Shown here: positions 13,029-26,884 of the stretch, in pieces
How positions within the stretch are numbered: the stretch's first letter is position 1
Layout of the letters: every line of letters starts with the position of its first letter
Assembly (NCBI GenBank): GCA_951406725.2
Contig: OX597826.1
Location: 80,228,001-80,292,000, forward strand
DNA length: 64,000 nucleotides
Direction of reading: 5' to 3'
Source of the DNA: Octopus vulgaris
Taxonomy: Eukaryota
Notes under the pieces: generated by a model
What the model was told of the DNA's origin: nothing
Databases searched by the model: none
What the model saw: the letters and a program-made list of their open reading frames with translations, nothing else
Position numbers and translations under genes: made by a program

Positions 13029-14138
13029 ATATATATATATATATTAATACAGTATTATAGGTTAAAGCAGCCGATTCTATACATTGGTTTCGCACCGGAT
13101 CTTAGACAATAGGGCGGCTATCTAATACAAGTGCTCTTCAGGGATAGCAGGTACCAACATCTCTCTGTCAATGGAGGTCAGAAATTGTCACACGCTGTTT
13201 TGAAGCACTATGAAAAAAAAACAACCATGTTGCAGGAGACAAATTCTCAAGGAATTTACTAAGAGTTATGTTCAGCTATGCAATGATGAAGAGCCCACTA
13301 TTTCGACTTGCCTCATAATTTTATTCCAGCAAGAAGCATTTTAAATACAAAAACCTTACGAATTACTGAACTCAAAACCAAGCGGTTTTACCGGTATAAA
13401 TCCTCAGCGTAGCCGGGGTCAACGTTTTTGTTGTTGTCGTTGTTGTTATTGTATTAAAATAATTGCTTTACAAATTGTTGTAAGCAACATCGGATGGTGA
13501 CTTCTCTTTTGATTCTTGATAAGGAAATGTTCAAAAGCGAATTCGACAGTTTTGGTTCATATTAAACTTAACATCTTTTTGAAGCTTTTTAATTAATCAT
13601 CAGACTTGAAGCTTCAATTACATCTTGTTGGATTTAGACAATGGGGTGAAGGAAACATCCAATTAATCTTTCACGCTTCGCTTCCTTTCTCTGTAATTCC
13701 AAATCAAGAAGAATGGTTCCCAGGATCATGGTTTGTCGTGTGTGAACAATATTCGTTCTTACACATTCCATCTTTTTCTGTTTGTTTTTTAAATTTATTA
13801 AAATTAATATTAACGTTATCTTTCGGTATTGGTCCACATGTTTTAAGTTTTGTACCTCTTGTTATTGAGGTTAATTCATTTCTTTCTTTCTTTGTTATCT
13901 TAAATTGTAAATTAATGAGAAGGAGTTAACCATCCTATTATAACGAATAAGCCAATAAATGATGTGAATATTTGTTGAATTCTTATCGATTTATGATAAC
14001 GAAATAATAATAATTATTATTATTTGTGGTTTTTTTTTATATCAGGTTTCGGTTTAACTCCTGGAGTCTTGCATGCGTAGCCGGCTTGCTGCCTGCTGCC
14101 TACGATACCATGTTCTCTGTTCTTTTCAACTATCTGTC

Positions 14139-14243
<105 letters not shown>

Positions 14244-14248
14244 TATTA

Positions 14249-14675
14249 AGGCAGCGAGCTGGCAGAATTATTAGCACGTCGGACGAAATACTTAGCGGTA
14301 TTTCGCCCGCCGCTACGTTCTGGGTTCAAATTACGCCGAGGTCGACTTTGCCGTTTATCCTTTCGGGGTCGATAAGGTAAGTATCACTTGAGTACTGGGG
14401 TCAATGTAATAGACTATCCCCTCACCCAAATTTCAGGCCTTGTGCCTGTAGTAGAAAGGATTATTATTAAGGAAGCGAGCTGATAGAATCGTTAACACGC
14501 CGGGCGAAATGCTTTGCGGATTTCGTCTGTTCGGAGTTCAAATTCCACCGAGGTCGACCTTGCCTTTCATCCTTTCGTGGTCGATAAAAGAAGTACTAGT
14601 CGAGTACTTGGGTCGATATAATCGACTTAATCCCTACCCCCAAATTGCAGGCCTTGTGCCTATTGTAGAAAGGAT
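14249..14675 (+). mobile_element. Two tandem Nin/Deu-domain SINEs after an (ATT)n array
   Basis: Heads near 14250 and 14471. Both copies carry GAGGTCGAC...CCTTTCG.GGTCGATAA and end in GTAGAAAGGATTAT. Confidence 0.88.
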
Positions 14676-14859
14676 TATCATAATGATAATAATAATAATA
14701 ATGATATATAAACCTGTGTTTATTCCATTGAACTAGAAGTATGGAGTCCAAGTCTATTTTAGTCACAGCGTAAACACAAGACAGTAAATACTGTAAAAAA
14801 TAAAAAATAAACAATCGGCAGTTAAGTGATTCGAAAAACCAAACGAGACTTTAAGATAG

Positions 14860-14937
<78 letters not shown>

Positions 14938-14942
<5 letters not shown>

Positions 14943-15135
14943 AATCTAAACATGAAAACACAAAGAGAAAACACAACAACGCGAGGACCTGGAAAAAGTA
15001 TTGTATTATTGAACGCTTAGGAAAGGAAAGAAAGAAGGAGGATTTAACGTTTCGAACGGAGCTCTTCGTCAGAAATATAGGAAAAGGAAAGATCCAAGGA
15101 AGAGAAGACGGAGGGAAAAAATCGCCAACGGTACA
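14938..15135 (-). mobile_element. Penelope-like pLTR module adjacent to (TA)n
   Basis: Contains the hammerhead-like motif at 15042-15076. Similar layout to 56560-56737 (GTATTATTGAACGCT.AGGAA...TTTAACGTTTCGA). Confidence 0.6.
15042..15076 (-). ncRNA. Minimal type I hammerhead-ribozyme-like motif with intact core
   Basis: Minus strand ATTT-CTGACGA-A-GAGC(TCC)GTTC-GAAA-CGTT-AAAT. 4-bp stem I, 4-bp stem II, loopless palindromic stem III (AACGTT), GUU site. Confidence 0.65.
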
Positions 15136-18100
15136 CTGCCCAAAATGCCACATAGTGGGACTGAACCCGGAATAATGTAGCTGGGGAGCAAGCCTCTAAC
15201 GATACAGCCACCCCTGCGCCTGTATATGTTGTTAAATATTTTGTACAGTTCTTTGATAAGTCTTGAAATGGTTTGGTTTGGTTGGGTCGAAAGGATTGAC
15301 CTTTGGAGGTGTCCACCCTAACCGAGAAGATTAATGCGGTTAACGTTACTAACACTTGTAAATCAACGAGTGCAGGAGAAACTGGTTAAATACGAAAATT
15401 CAATAGGGACAATGTTTTGGGGGTGAGTAGCTGGGAATATCTATCGGGGGTCCGAGGCGGGGTAGTGAACCCGATATGGACGACTATCTACACGTTACAT
15501 TACCAGCAACAGAAGCTGAAATTGATTTTAAAATAAGATAAAAATCTTTAAAAATGTTTAGTGCAATTAGCTTTGTTAAGCACGCGAGCGGCTTGATGAA
15601 ACTAGAGAGAAACTTTGCTCATAGAACTGACGCCATGTTGGTTTGAAATCAAAGCAGGGTAGAAAGATATCAATCTTTGCGCGTGTGCGCCTGTGTGTGT
15701 ATTTGTGTGTGTGGTGAGAATATGAAGGAAAACGAACATCATTAGTACTTTTCCTCGGTCAATATTCCTCTCCAATTGAAAAACAAAAACGAAAAGAAAC
15801 GTCGAAGATGAAATCTAATAAAAAAAATCTAAACAAGCCGCCATTGACGCAATCAACTCAAACACAAATAAATTGATTAAACCAGAAAATTAGTTTTGTC
15901 AATATCTAAATATTAACGAAGTCATGTGCTTCAGTTAGGTTTCTTTGTTCTGTGCGGAGCTCTTCGTCAGACGGTGCTCAAGGATCGAGCCTTAGTGTAA
16001 AATCCCATTTGCTCTCCGGATGAATAGTACGCACGAGTGCCGAATATTCTGAGGCTTCTAACCCAACTAGAACCATATGCTCATGGAATCGATTAAAAAG
16101 CTGAGAGCAATAAGGAGCTTGTTGACCAGAATGATAATAAGGGAAATAGATTAGACTTGGCTAATGAGATGTTCGGTTTTATTTCTGTCAGCTACGTTTG
16201 TATTTTATGTATTACATCCAGAATCTCGTGACCGAATCGTCTTTGGTCGGACGTTTCTACCGATTCAATCACCGAATCACTGCATTTACAGTAAGGAGGG
16301 TAACAAGAAGCTACCTGCGCAACTCGAGCGGAACAAATATCACAAGAAGTTTCCTCCAAAGCACCGCGTAAGTTTCCTTTTCGCAGAAGTTGTGCGCATA
16401 TATGCATGCCCGCGCACGTGAGAGAAGAGAAGAGGGTAAGATTGTGTGTGCATGTATGTATACAATGAGCATATCTTTGGTTATGCGTTTAAGACGTTCG
16501 CCTGGCAGCGACGTGTTTTGTGGTTCAGTCCATATGCATAGCACCTTGGTTAAATGCCGCCTAGTGTGGCTCCGAGCAGAGCAATGCCGTGCGAGTAAAA
16601 TTAGTCGGAAGACTTGATACTCAGTGAAACATTATTGGCTGGAAGAGCATCCGACAATGAAATCCTGCTTCAAATAACGACCCGTCCAACCCATCTAGCA
16701 TAAAACAAAAAGGTACATTAATAGAACGAATGAGTATATATGAACGTGGTCTGCCTCCACACAGTTTCCGATTACCAAACAGCACTCGCGAGGCATGTCA
16801 GAAGATAATTGCTCATGGTTCCACTGCTTATTACAGCAGTGCATGAGATATATAATCGATGTGCCCACCAGGGAAACAATTAATGGTTATTGGACCAGCT
16901 AGAAATACCAAGCGAAATTTTGATCAACTCAGTACCCAACACTGAGGAATGACGTGACAGCAACTAAAGACAGATTCCATTTGGTGACCATTTTACTTCT
17001 GTATCGTTTCATTCTGTAATTTGTTTCGTTTTACGGACTACGAGTACACGGACCTTAACGATGTAATCATTTATATGAACTCTAATGATTGACCGGTATT
17101 TATTTCCCCGACCTCATCTCACGAAAGGCAAAGTTGGCACGAGCTGTATGTGAACTCTTATCTCTGCAAGTATGCTCCCATCAGCTAAACCACGAATCTA
17201 CGAGGAAGCCTTGACGTGGTTGTTCAACCGACAAATGAGACGGTCATCAAATATACCTCAAATCCAGCTGTACGTGTCAAAAATCACAAAGCACACTAGA
17301 TAAAGTAATTCTAGATGGAGCGTGACTGCTCCATCACGGATGACCTGCGGTTAAACAACAACACACGCAATAATGGATTATTTCTCACTGTTGTGTAATG
17401 TATAATTAACTTGTATTAGTTCTGACTTAAAACCAGTTGCTCCATGTTGACTTTATTTCGTCTAGGTTTATCTTCATAATCGAATATTATCATTAAAATT
17501 CAATGATGCTGGCTGTGGCGGCAGCGGTGGTGTTGGTTGTGGTGGTGGCGGTTGCAGTGGTGGTGGTGGTGGTGGTGGTGGTGGTGGTGATGGTGGCAAT
17601 CAGCTGGTGGTCGATGGCGATGGAATTAAAGAAAACTCTCGAATCTAGCATATCTAACTGTAGTGCGTCAGACGTAAAGAAATCGAAAGAAACAGAGAAA
17701 GGAAAAGAGAAAGAAAAAAAATGCAACGAAAAAGAGGCAACAAACACAGAGATTAAGAGTCTTATTGATGAAACAAGGAAAATTATAGATGAAGGTTTAG
17801 ACACAGAAAATTGGTTGAGATAGAATGGGAAGCGATAAGGAAGGATGCGGAGTGAGTGAATTGGCCGAGAGTAAGGGACAGAGAGGAGGAGGAGGAGGAG
17901 GAGGAGGAGGAGGAGGAGATGTGGGGGGGTGAAGATTAGAGGTGGAGGAGTGGAGGAAGATAAAAGAGCGAGATGAAGGGGAACGAAAGGGAAAGGGTTA
18001 GGAGTTAGTTTGATTGGACAATCAAAAAGGAAGATAAATACAGAGTAAGAGGGTGGAGATACGAGAGTAACGGAGAATGATGGTGTGAGGGGGGAGAGAG

Positions 18101-18589
18101 AGAGAGGCAAACAGGCAGCAGACAGAAGGAGAAAAGGGTGGAAGAAAGAAAGGAAGAAATAAAGATGGCTTCTTGCATTAACGATATCGAGATAATTGTA
18201 GGGCGACAGGGAGAATGAGAAATTAAGAGAATGAGTGTGAAGGAGATGCCGAATAAAAGAAGCTCAATAAGTGAGAGGGAAGATGTGACAGTAAGAGAAA
18301 GAGAGAGAGAGAGAGGGGGGGTAAAAGAATATCTAGAGAAAGAGTGTTTTTGGAGAGAGGCAAGAGAGATCCGAGAGACAAACTGAGTGAGAAGTGTTGG
18401 TCGGGAGAGGAGGGATAGTTTTAGACTGATAGAATGTGTTAGAAGATGAAGGAGAAGAAGATAATGGGAGTGAGGAGAGAAGAGAAGGAAAGATAAGGCA
18501 AAGAGTTAGAGAAAGGCAGAAGTATATGAACGAGAAAGAAAGGGAGAGAGTGAGAGAGAGAGAGTGGATTTTGGAGATAAAACATTGTT

Positions 18590-18915
18590 ATGGGAGGGAG
18601 AGAGAGAGATGGGGGGATAGAGGGAGGGAGCAAAATGAACTGAGAGAGAGAGAGAGATTGTATTTTAAGATAAAAGATTGTTATGAAAGGGAGAGAGAGA
18701 GGGAAAGAGGGAGGGAGCAAAATGAACTGATAGAGAGAGAGAGAGATGGAGTGAGCAAAACGAACTGATAGAGAGAAAGAGAGAGAGAGAGAGGGGGGAA
18801 TGAGCAAAACGAACTGATAGAGAGAAAGAGAGGGGAAGTGAGCAAAACGAACTGATAGAGAGAGAGAGAGGGAGTGAGCAAAACGAACTGATAGAGAGAG
18901 AGAGAGATGTGAGAG
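18590..18915. repeat. (GA)n-embedded minisatellite
   Basis: GAGCAAAA(C/T)GAACTGA recurs six times, separated by variable (GA)n. Confidence 0.85.
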
Positions 18916-19378
18916 AGATGTTATAATATTCTTTTATGTCCATTGGCATTCAAGTTGAACTAAAAACAACAAAAAAAAACTATATGACAAAAATCACTCA
19001 ATAATATTGATTAATCAAATCGATGGTCGATTGTTTAATGTTTTACATGAAACACTGACCGAATCAATGAAGCGACTGCAGCCTGTTTGTAAAAGTGTCA
19101 CATCGTTAGAAGAAAATCACACATCGTTAGGGGAGATGTTTGACGGAGGGGAAGGTGAGAGAACATGGCCAAAACAACAACACTAACATGTATTCGGGAA
19201 TAATAATAATAATAACAATAAAAAAAAAACAGGAAAAGAAACGTCGATATAACTACAGCAACAACAACAACAACAACAACAACTGCAATGATAATAAAAC
19301 AAATAGTAACGATAATCAGGTCTTTATTTGCCGCAGGGGCAACAGATAAGAGTACAAGAATGCATTCTAGAAAACTTG

Positions 19379-19488
<110 letters not shown>

Positions 19489-19566
19489 AAGAAGAAGAAG
19501 AAGAAGAAGAAGAAGAAGAAGAAGAAGAAGAAGAAGAAGAAGAAGAAGAAGAAGAATATAATAACA

Positions 19567-19917
<351 letters not shown>

Positions 19918-19974
<57 letters not shown>

Positions 19975-20126
19975 TCGAAAAATAACTAAGGAATGAGAAC
20001 CCACGTCCAAAGTTTCCCCAAGACACCTGATGAAGACTGGAGCATATATCAGCCAAAACGTTCTGTTAACAACAAACAAGATGTAAATAATGTAAATAAT
20101 TCCTCATCCCTTAAATATAGAACTGA

Positions 20127-20127
<1 letters not shown>
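19918..20127 (+). mobile_element. Inverted, headless second copy of the hammerhead-bearing tail
   Basis: AACATCGAAAAATAACTAAGGAATGAGAACCC...ACACCTGATGAAGACTG...CAGCCAAAACGTT...AACAAACAAGATG...TGTAAATAATGTAAAT aligns to the reverse complement of 19567-19710. Confidence 0.8.
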
Positions 20128-20184
<57 letters not shown>

Positions 20185-20186
<2 letters not shown>

Positions 20187-20480
20187 GTTTCAAATTTTGC
20201 CGCAAGGGTAGCAATTTTGGGGGAGGTGGAGTTGGGTCGATTATCTCAACACCACTGTTCAGCTGGTACTTATTTTATCGACCCTGAAAGGTAAAGTCGA
20301 CCTCTGCGGAACTTGAACCCAGGACGTAGCGACGGCCAAAATACCACAGAGCATTTCGTCCGGTGCGCTAACGATTCGGCCAGCTCTCCGTCTTCAATTC
20401 TTTCTACTATAGGCACAAGACCTGAAATTTGGGGTTGGGCGTCGGAAATAGACGATTACATCGATCCCCACCCCCGGTAC
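20185..20480 (-). mobile_element. Nin/Deu-domain SINE plus an adjacent partial copy
   Basis: GGTACTTATTTTATCGACCCTGAAAGG...GTCGACCTC...GCTAACGATTCGGCCAGCTC. Confidence 0.75.
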
Positions 20481-20534
20481 TCGACATTATCTCATCGTAT
20501 TTCTTTACTTTATCGTATATTATTTCTTCATCAC

Positions 20535-20567
<33 letters not shown>

Positions 20568-20586
20568 TATCATCCTCCTCCTCCTC

Positions 20587-20638
<52 letters not shown>

Positions 20639-20748
20639 CCATCATCATCACCATCATCATCATCATCATCATCATCACCATACCATCTTCACCATCATCA
20701 TCACCATCATCATCATCATCATCATCACCATACCATCTTCACCATCAC

Positions 20749-20789
<41 letters not shown>

Positions 20790-21452
20790 CCACCACCACC
20801 ACCATCATCATCAGCATCATGCTTAGCAGTTTTTACTGTCTTAACGTTCTAATTCCGCCGATGTCGCCTTTGCCTTTCATCCTTCCGGATCACAACGGAA
20901 TAGATACCAGTTGCGTACTGGAGCCGATGTAATCGACCAAACCCCAACTCAAACATTTCGGGCTTTGTGCCCCTAGTAGAAAGGATTATTATTTTCCTTA
21001 TAATCCGTAACCATGTTCCTTATCCTCATACACACACAAGCATACACACATACGCACAAACACACTCAACATTGTAGACGAGTAATTTAGGACAATTTGA
21101 TTCACAATCAAAAGATCTCAAAAGTGACCCCTTGCTTTGCGGAATCCACTTGGACGAATGTCCTCTTTGATAGGCTCCGGTCGACTCAAGTTTTTTGAGC
21201 ACATCTGGGTGAATGGAATCTGTGAAGAAGCGTATCGAAATAACTCCAATTCAAATGGTCAACTTTCGAATATACTAAGCAACTCTGATTCACTCAAAGG
21301 ATAATCTAAATCGCAAATACCTGTCTAACAATAAGCCACAAATTCTATGGATCAATGAGCAGGTAGATCAGCTGATCGAATGACTCGTATACTCATAGCT
21401 TTAACTACTATTTCTAACATGTCAAACGACCACATCGGCGCTGTCTCTAAAA

Positions 21453-21616
21453 CAGGGATGGACAACAATTTTCGAAAATTTGTCCACATCAGACACAGCT
21501 CATCATTAGGTGAACTGCAATACTCGAAGAATTCAAGATAATTGTTCCTTCTGTGAGCCGTTCAGTGAGTTCCACGCGTCGCATGCGTCCTACATGTGGT
21601 AGTTTGCCCATGACTA
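21453..21616. mobile_element. hAT (Charlie/Buster-like) MITE, decayed
   Basis: Ends CAGGGATGGACAAC and GTTTGCCCATGACTA. 8-bp TSD CTCTAAAA/TTCTAAAA. A related copy lies in the opposite orientation at about 47639-47788. Confidence 0.65.
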
Positions 21617-21841
21617 TTCTAAAAAGTGACACTACGATTTTATATTTACTTGTGGACTTTTATTTTGCTGTTCTTGTTTCATATTTCTACAATTTCTTTC
21701 TGGATCAAATCAGACCCTGGTGGCTTATGTAAAGATCTGGAATAATTACCTCGAAGCAAGTTCCTCACCGGTAACCTTGTCTTAAATTCAACGTTTTCTA
21801 CAATTTTAGACATGTGTGCGCATATATATATATATTTATAA

Positions 21842-22123
21842 AATCAAAATAAGCAACAAGGATTTCCAAGGTAGAGTAGTACAATTGTTTCATGCTACTT
21901 CATTTTATTAAACACTGTAAGTATTACATCAGTTTTAAAATGTCGAGCAATCTTCAGCCACATATAGAATTTTCCAATTAAACGGACAATGCACATTCTT
22001 ATCCCTATTTCATTTGCCAACATTACGAAGAGGGTAAATATATACACAAGTGTTTAATAAAATGAAGTAGCATGAAACAATTGTACTACTCTACCTCGGA
22101 TATACTTGTTGCTTATTTTGATT
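21842..22123. repeat. 75-bp inverted repeat (21842-21916 / 22049-22123), likely an inverted pLTR-type structure
   Basis: GGTAGAGTAGTACAATTGTTTCATGCTACTTCATTTTATTAAACACT is perfectly complementary to AGTGTTTAATAAAATGAAGTAGCATGAAACAATTGTACTACTCTACC. The wider module (21841-22220) is bounded by (TA)n. Confidence 0.9.
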
Positions 22124-22236
22124 GTAATCACTCCATTTGATTTATATGGATAATACCATACAAAATTCTGGTGCCTTTAACTTAAGTAACTTATTCATCT
22201 GAATCTAAATTTTGCTGAAATTATATATATATGTGT

Positions 22237-22305
<69 letters not shown>

Positions 22306-23155
22306 TCTCTGTGCTTATATATATGTATATATGTATATAGTGTGTGTTTTGCTTGGACACCAAATTTGCTGCGGGATAGAGCTAAGGAAAGTTCCTCACA
22401 CGACGCCGAGTGTCCCACAAGAACGCCTGGATGTCAAAGACGAGGCGAGACAGCTTGCCTCGGAATCACCGGGAAAGGTAGATACCGATATTTCGCCATT
22501 GTCGTGCCTTGTCATGAATCCGGATCATCGCGGAAAGCGAATCGCTGGTCTGTGAATTATATGCAAATACCAAGAACCTTTTTTGGCGATATCTCGCAGC
22601 AAATTCGGCGTATAAACAAAACACATACATTATTGTATGTACGACCGATAATGTTTACACTACAAAAGATGTGTATGTATGTGTGTATATATGTTTGTAT
22701 GTATGTATGTGTGTATGTATGTATGTATGTATGTATGTATGTATGTATGTATGTATGTATGTATGTGTGTATGTATGCATTTATAATCAGTATTTGTCAT
22801 GAGGTCTGTGTGGTCTTTCTAACCGATGTGGCTAATAACACCGGCTGAGGTTACAATACCAAGACGGAAATATCAGTCGTCAAAACTCTATTTATGTCCA
22901 TTTCTTCTGTCTATTAATAATATTGTGTTGAAGACGAAATATTACCTTAAGTCCATAGCAACAACCAAATCACATTGAAGCGTTAGTAGGTTCTCTTTTA
23001 TTAATATTGTTCGTTCATCCAGCGAGAAATATTAGCAGTTTTATAGAAAACTAAACCCGTTAATAGTCATGCCCACTACACTGGTGTAAATAATCAAATA
23101 TTCACTATTGACGCTCATATCTATTATTCATACGTGAAGCTACACACTCTACAAG

Positions 23156-23188
<33 letters not shown>

Positions 23189-23197
23189 GTATATGTG

Positions 23198-23265
<68 letters not shown>

Positions 23266-23414
23266 TATACATATATAATGTTGGACTCCTGTCGTAGACG
23301 ACAAATGGTGGTTCTGTAACTTCTCACTAGGTTACCTGAACAGATGATTTCTTTATAGTTGTCAAATGTTAGTGCTGTGGATAGAAGCACTCCCTGCATG
23401 AAATCGAGACGTTA

Positions 23415-23443
23415 CCCCTGAAGATGTCGAAACGATCGTAGAG
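23415..23443 (+). ncRNA. Degenerate hammerhead-like motif with stem II collapsed
   Basis: CCC-CTGAAGA-TGTC-GAAA-CGATCGTA-GAG. Core boxes intact, palindromic stem III ACGATCGT, GUA site. Confidence 0.45.
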
Positions 23444-24384
23444 CATTGCAATGTATGTATAAATATATATGTGTATATATGTGTGTTCCATCACCACCGG
23501 AACCAAAAGCGTCGAAGTCAATAGATGAGAAAAGGAAAAAATCAAACGACAGGAAAGGAAGACTCGTCAAACTCCAGCTTGTCCTCCACCAACGTTACCA
23601 TGCAGACAATGCCATCCACTCTTCTAATGCAAGAATTCGTCTACAGTGTTTTCAACGCCATCACCAAAAAAGGAAGCGTTCAGCAAAGAAGAAATTATAT
23701 TCTCAGATAGGAGATAAAACCGACGACGATGATCATCATATTATGGTACAATAAATCATGCAAAAACATAAAAGAGAAGCAATAAATAGTGTTGAATTTT
23801 GTCCTGTTGACCACCAGTTGAAATTTTGTCTAATCGTTACACCGAGTTTCACGCTTCCGATTTTCGTACGACATATGTTGAAGAAACTACCATCAGTATA
23901 TATGGCGTCTTCCATAGAAACCCGTGAAAATGCTTGAATATAATAAATCTGGGCGAGGAATGGATGCAGGAGTTGGGGAGCGACCATATTCTAGTGTTTG
24001 ATATATAATCTGTTATGTGTATAATACGTTTTCACTTTATTGCTATTAAGCACATCTTTTTTTCTTTCACCATTTACTTCTTTCAGTCATTGGACTACAG
24101 CCATACAGGAACAGTATTTATTCTTTTTTAAAGTCTTGTATTTATTCTGTGTCGGTCTCTTTTACGGAGACGTAAATAAGCCAACACCGGTTTGTCAAGC
24201 AGTGGGAGATAAACACAACTACAAAGACAAACAAAAACACACATATACACATGCGATGGAGTCTGCCGGCGAAGACGGTGTGTGAGCGTTCAGATTTTGC
24301 CGAATGCTTTACACAGAGGATTTTTTTGTAGCGTACATTAGCTCAGCTCCTCCATCAAATTAACGTTGCCTTACCAGGTGACTG

Positions 24385-24682
24385 GGTTCCTTCTCGAGCC
24401 ATGCATGGCTCATAAGGGCCGGTTTCCCGGTTTCCTTGGCGTATAGTTTCCGTACCTGGACGGGACACCGGTCCGTCGCAGGTGAGCTGCAAGATGCAGG
24501 AGGAAAGAGTGAGAGAAAGTTGTGGCGAAAGAGTCATCAGAGGTTCGCCTGCACCTTCTGCCGGAGCCGCGTGGAGCTTAGGTGTTTCGCTCATAAACAC
24601 ACACACACCGCCCGTTCTGAGATTGGAACCCGCGATCCATCGACCGCGAATCCGCTGCTCTAACCACTAGGCCATGTGCCTT
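24385..24682 (-). mobile_element. tRNA-derived SINE, body type C, tail type 2
   Basis: TGGCCTAGTGGTTAGAGC head; tail CCTGCGACGGACCGGTGTCCCGTCC...GGAAACCGGGAAACCGGCCC. Confidence 0.85.
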
Positions 24683-24818
24683 AACTGGTGACTGGGTACC
24701 ACACGCCAAGTGTCGAAGGGATCATAGAGCAAGAATACACTATCCGGTCTAGGAATTGAAACCACGATCTCGCAATTGTGAGTTCAACACCCTAACTACT
24801 AGACCATACACCCACATA

Positions 24819-24870
<52 letters not shown>

Positions 24871-25622
24871 TATGCATGTATGGGCTTCCCCACAGTTTTC
24901 GAACCGTGACTATATTCAAACAATTACACAAGGCCCCATGCAGTGGATCAGAACCCGAAATCCCGCGGCTGCAAAGGGAGCCACGTGGTTGAACCTTACT
25001 AGAAACACATTTTGTGATGAGTAATAAAGCTTCGTGAAAAAGTATAAACTTTTCAAAATGTCAATTTGCAAAAAATTCATAAAAATAGGAATTGATAAAA
25101 TTAACAAAAACGTGTCATTATTCATAATCGTTCATTCACTTTTCTTCATGTATATGTATTGACACACGCATTCACACGCACACAGACACACATATCCACA
25201 CACACACCCATAAGCACTCACAATACACCCACGGCCACATCCAAACTTCTGCGCAAATATTAATACATTTCATTGCATGAGCCGAGATGCACGATACATA
25301 AAACCCGTTCGAATGAAAGACCGATAGAGAAACGCCTATTAAAAGCATAAAAGGCTGATACAAGTTGCATTAAGGTGATGGAGCGACGAAGGTGAGCGTG
25401 ACAGGCGATGGAGGAGGAATGGAAGGAAAGAGATGAGGAATCTTAAAAGGGTTACACGGGACATTTTGCAAGAACCTTTATGTGGGGAAAAAAATATATG
25501 CAACAAACATATTCGATAAAAATATGATTTGAAATTTTATATCTTTAAGTTCCTAAATATATTTTGTCTCTGTATGTATGTATGTATGTATGTATGTATG
25601 TATGTATGTATGTATGTATGTA

Positions 25623-25742
<120 letters not shown>

Positions 25743-26434
25743 AATATTCTCACAGTTGTAAAATATATAATTTTAAGATAAAGTAAAAGAAATTGTAACT
25801 TTTTAAAGGTTAAAAAGAAAATGGATTTAAAAATGATGCAAATGAAAAAAGCAGAATAGATTATGAATAAATGTAAAATGAAGTGAAAGGAATTGGCGTT
25901 AATAGAACATGGATCTGGTAAGCAAAAACAGTAGGAAGTAAATTAATGTGCTGCTGCTTGGATTGCTACGCAATGCAACCGAAATGGTAAGAATTCTTTG
26001 AAAAAGAAAGGTCCAAAAATTAACAAAGATAACAAGAAGGCTCCATAATGCTTCTCTCCAGTCAAAAACAAAAAATGGCATATCGTATTTTTCGACACAC
26101 ATGTCGAATTTCGGAGACCAAATTTCACCGCCAAAAATAGTAGATTGACTTCAACATCACGATGGCTTTAGAGCAAACGTGTGCCAAAATAACGTTTCCC
26201 CTGGTTTACTAAGCTGTAATCTACTTTATTTTCAAAGTAGTGTAACAATGTAGTGTAACATGTTCTAATGGCGTTACCTTTCCAAATCGTGCAGCATTCC
26301 ATACAGAATTTACCGCTTCTTCACTCAGTGAAGGTGGATCGCTCCTCGCAACATCCGGAGATTGAACAAGAGCAACTGCCTTAGAAAATTACTATTTGTA
26401 AATCTCACAACGAGTGATATTCAGCGACAGTACT

Positions 26435-26613
26435 TTGGAGTAAATATTATTTACCAACATAACTCGGCAGTCCTGGTTTAGGACGAATGTTGCTGTAATT
26501 TAGCCCCAGGAGACATAGCCAGCTGGAGACGGTGTCAACTGGGGCTAAATTACAGCAACATTCGTCATAAACCACGACTGCCATGTTATGTTGGCAAATA
26601 ATATTTACTCCAA
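26435..26613. repeat. Long hairpin: 75-bp arms, 29-nt spacer
   Basis: 26435-26509 versus 26539-26613, with 5 mismatches by eye. The inner 28 bp (GACGAATGTTGCTGTAATTTAGCCCCAG) are perfect. Confidence 0.95.
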
Positions 26614-26630
26614 GAACAACTGCGTCATCA

Positions 26631-26851
26631 AGGCGGCGAGCTGACAGAATCTTTAGCATGCCGGGCGAAATGCTTAGCGGTATTTCGTCCGTCTTTACAT
26701 TCAGTGTTCAAATTCCGCCGAGGTCGACTTTGCCTGTCATCCTTTCGGGGTTGATAAATTAAGTACAAGTTGCGTACTGGGGTCGATCTAATCAACTACG
26801 CCCCTCCCCAAAAATGTTAGTCCTTGTGCCTAAAATGGAAAAGAAAAGACT
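26631..26851 (+). mobile_element. Full Nin/Deu-domain SINE with TSD
   Basis: GGCGGCGAGCTGACAGAA head. TSD AACTGCGTCATCA (26618-26630) / AACTGCGACATCA (26852-26864). Confidence 0.9.
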
Positions 26852-26884
26852 AACTGCGACATCAGTAAAAGCCAAGTCTGTAAT

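Noticed and set aside
18590-18915. Repeat-spacer-like array
   Set aside because: The spacers are just variable (GA)n, so this is a minisatellite.
22342-22620. GC-richer ORF start (168 aa)
   Set aside because: No recognisable motif and the ORF runs into (TATG)n; the origin of this island is unresolved.
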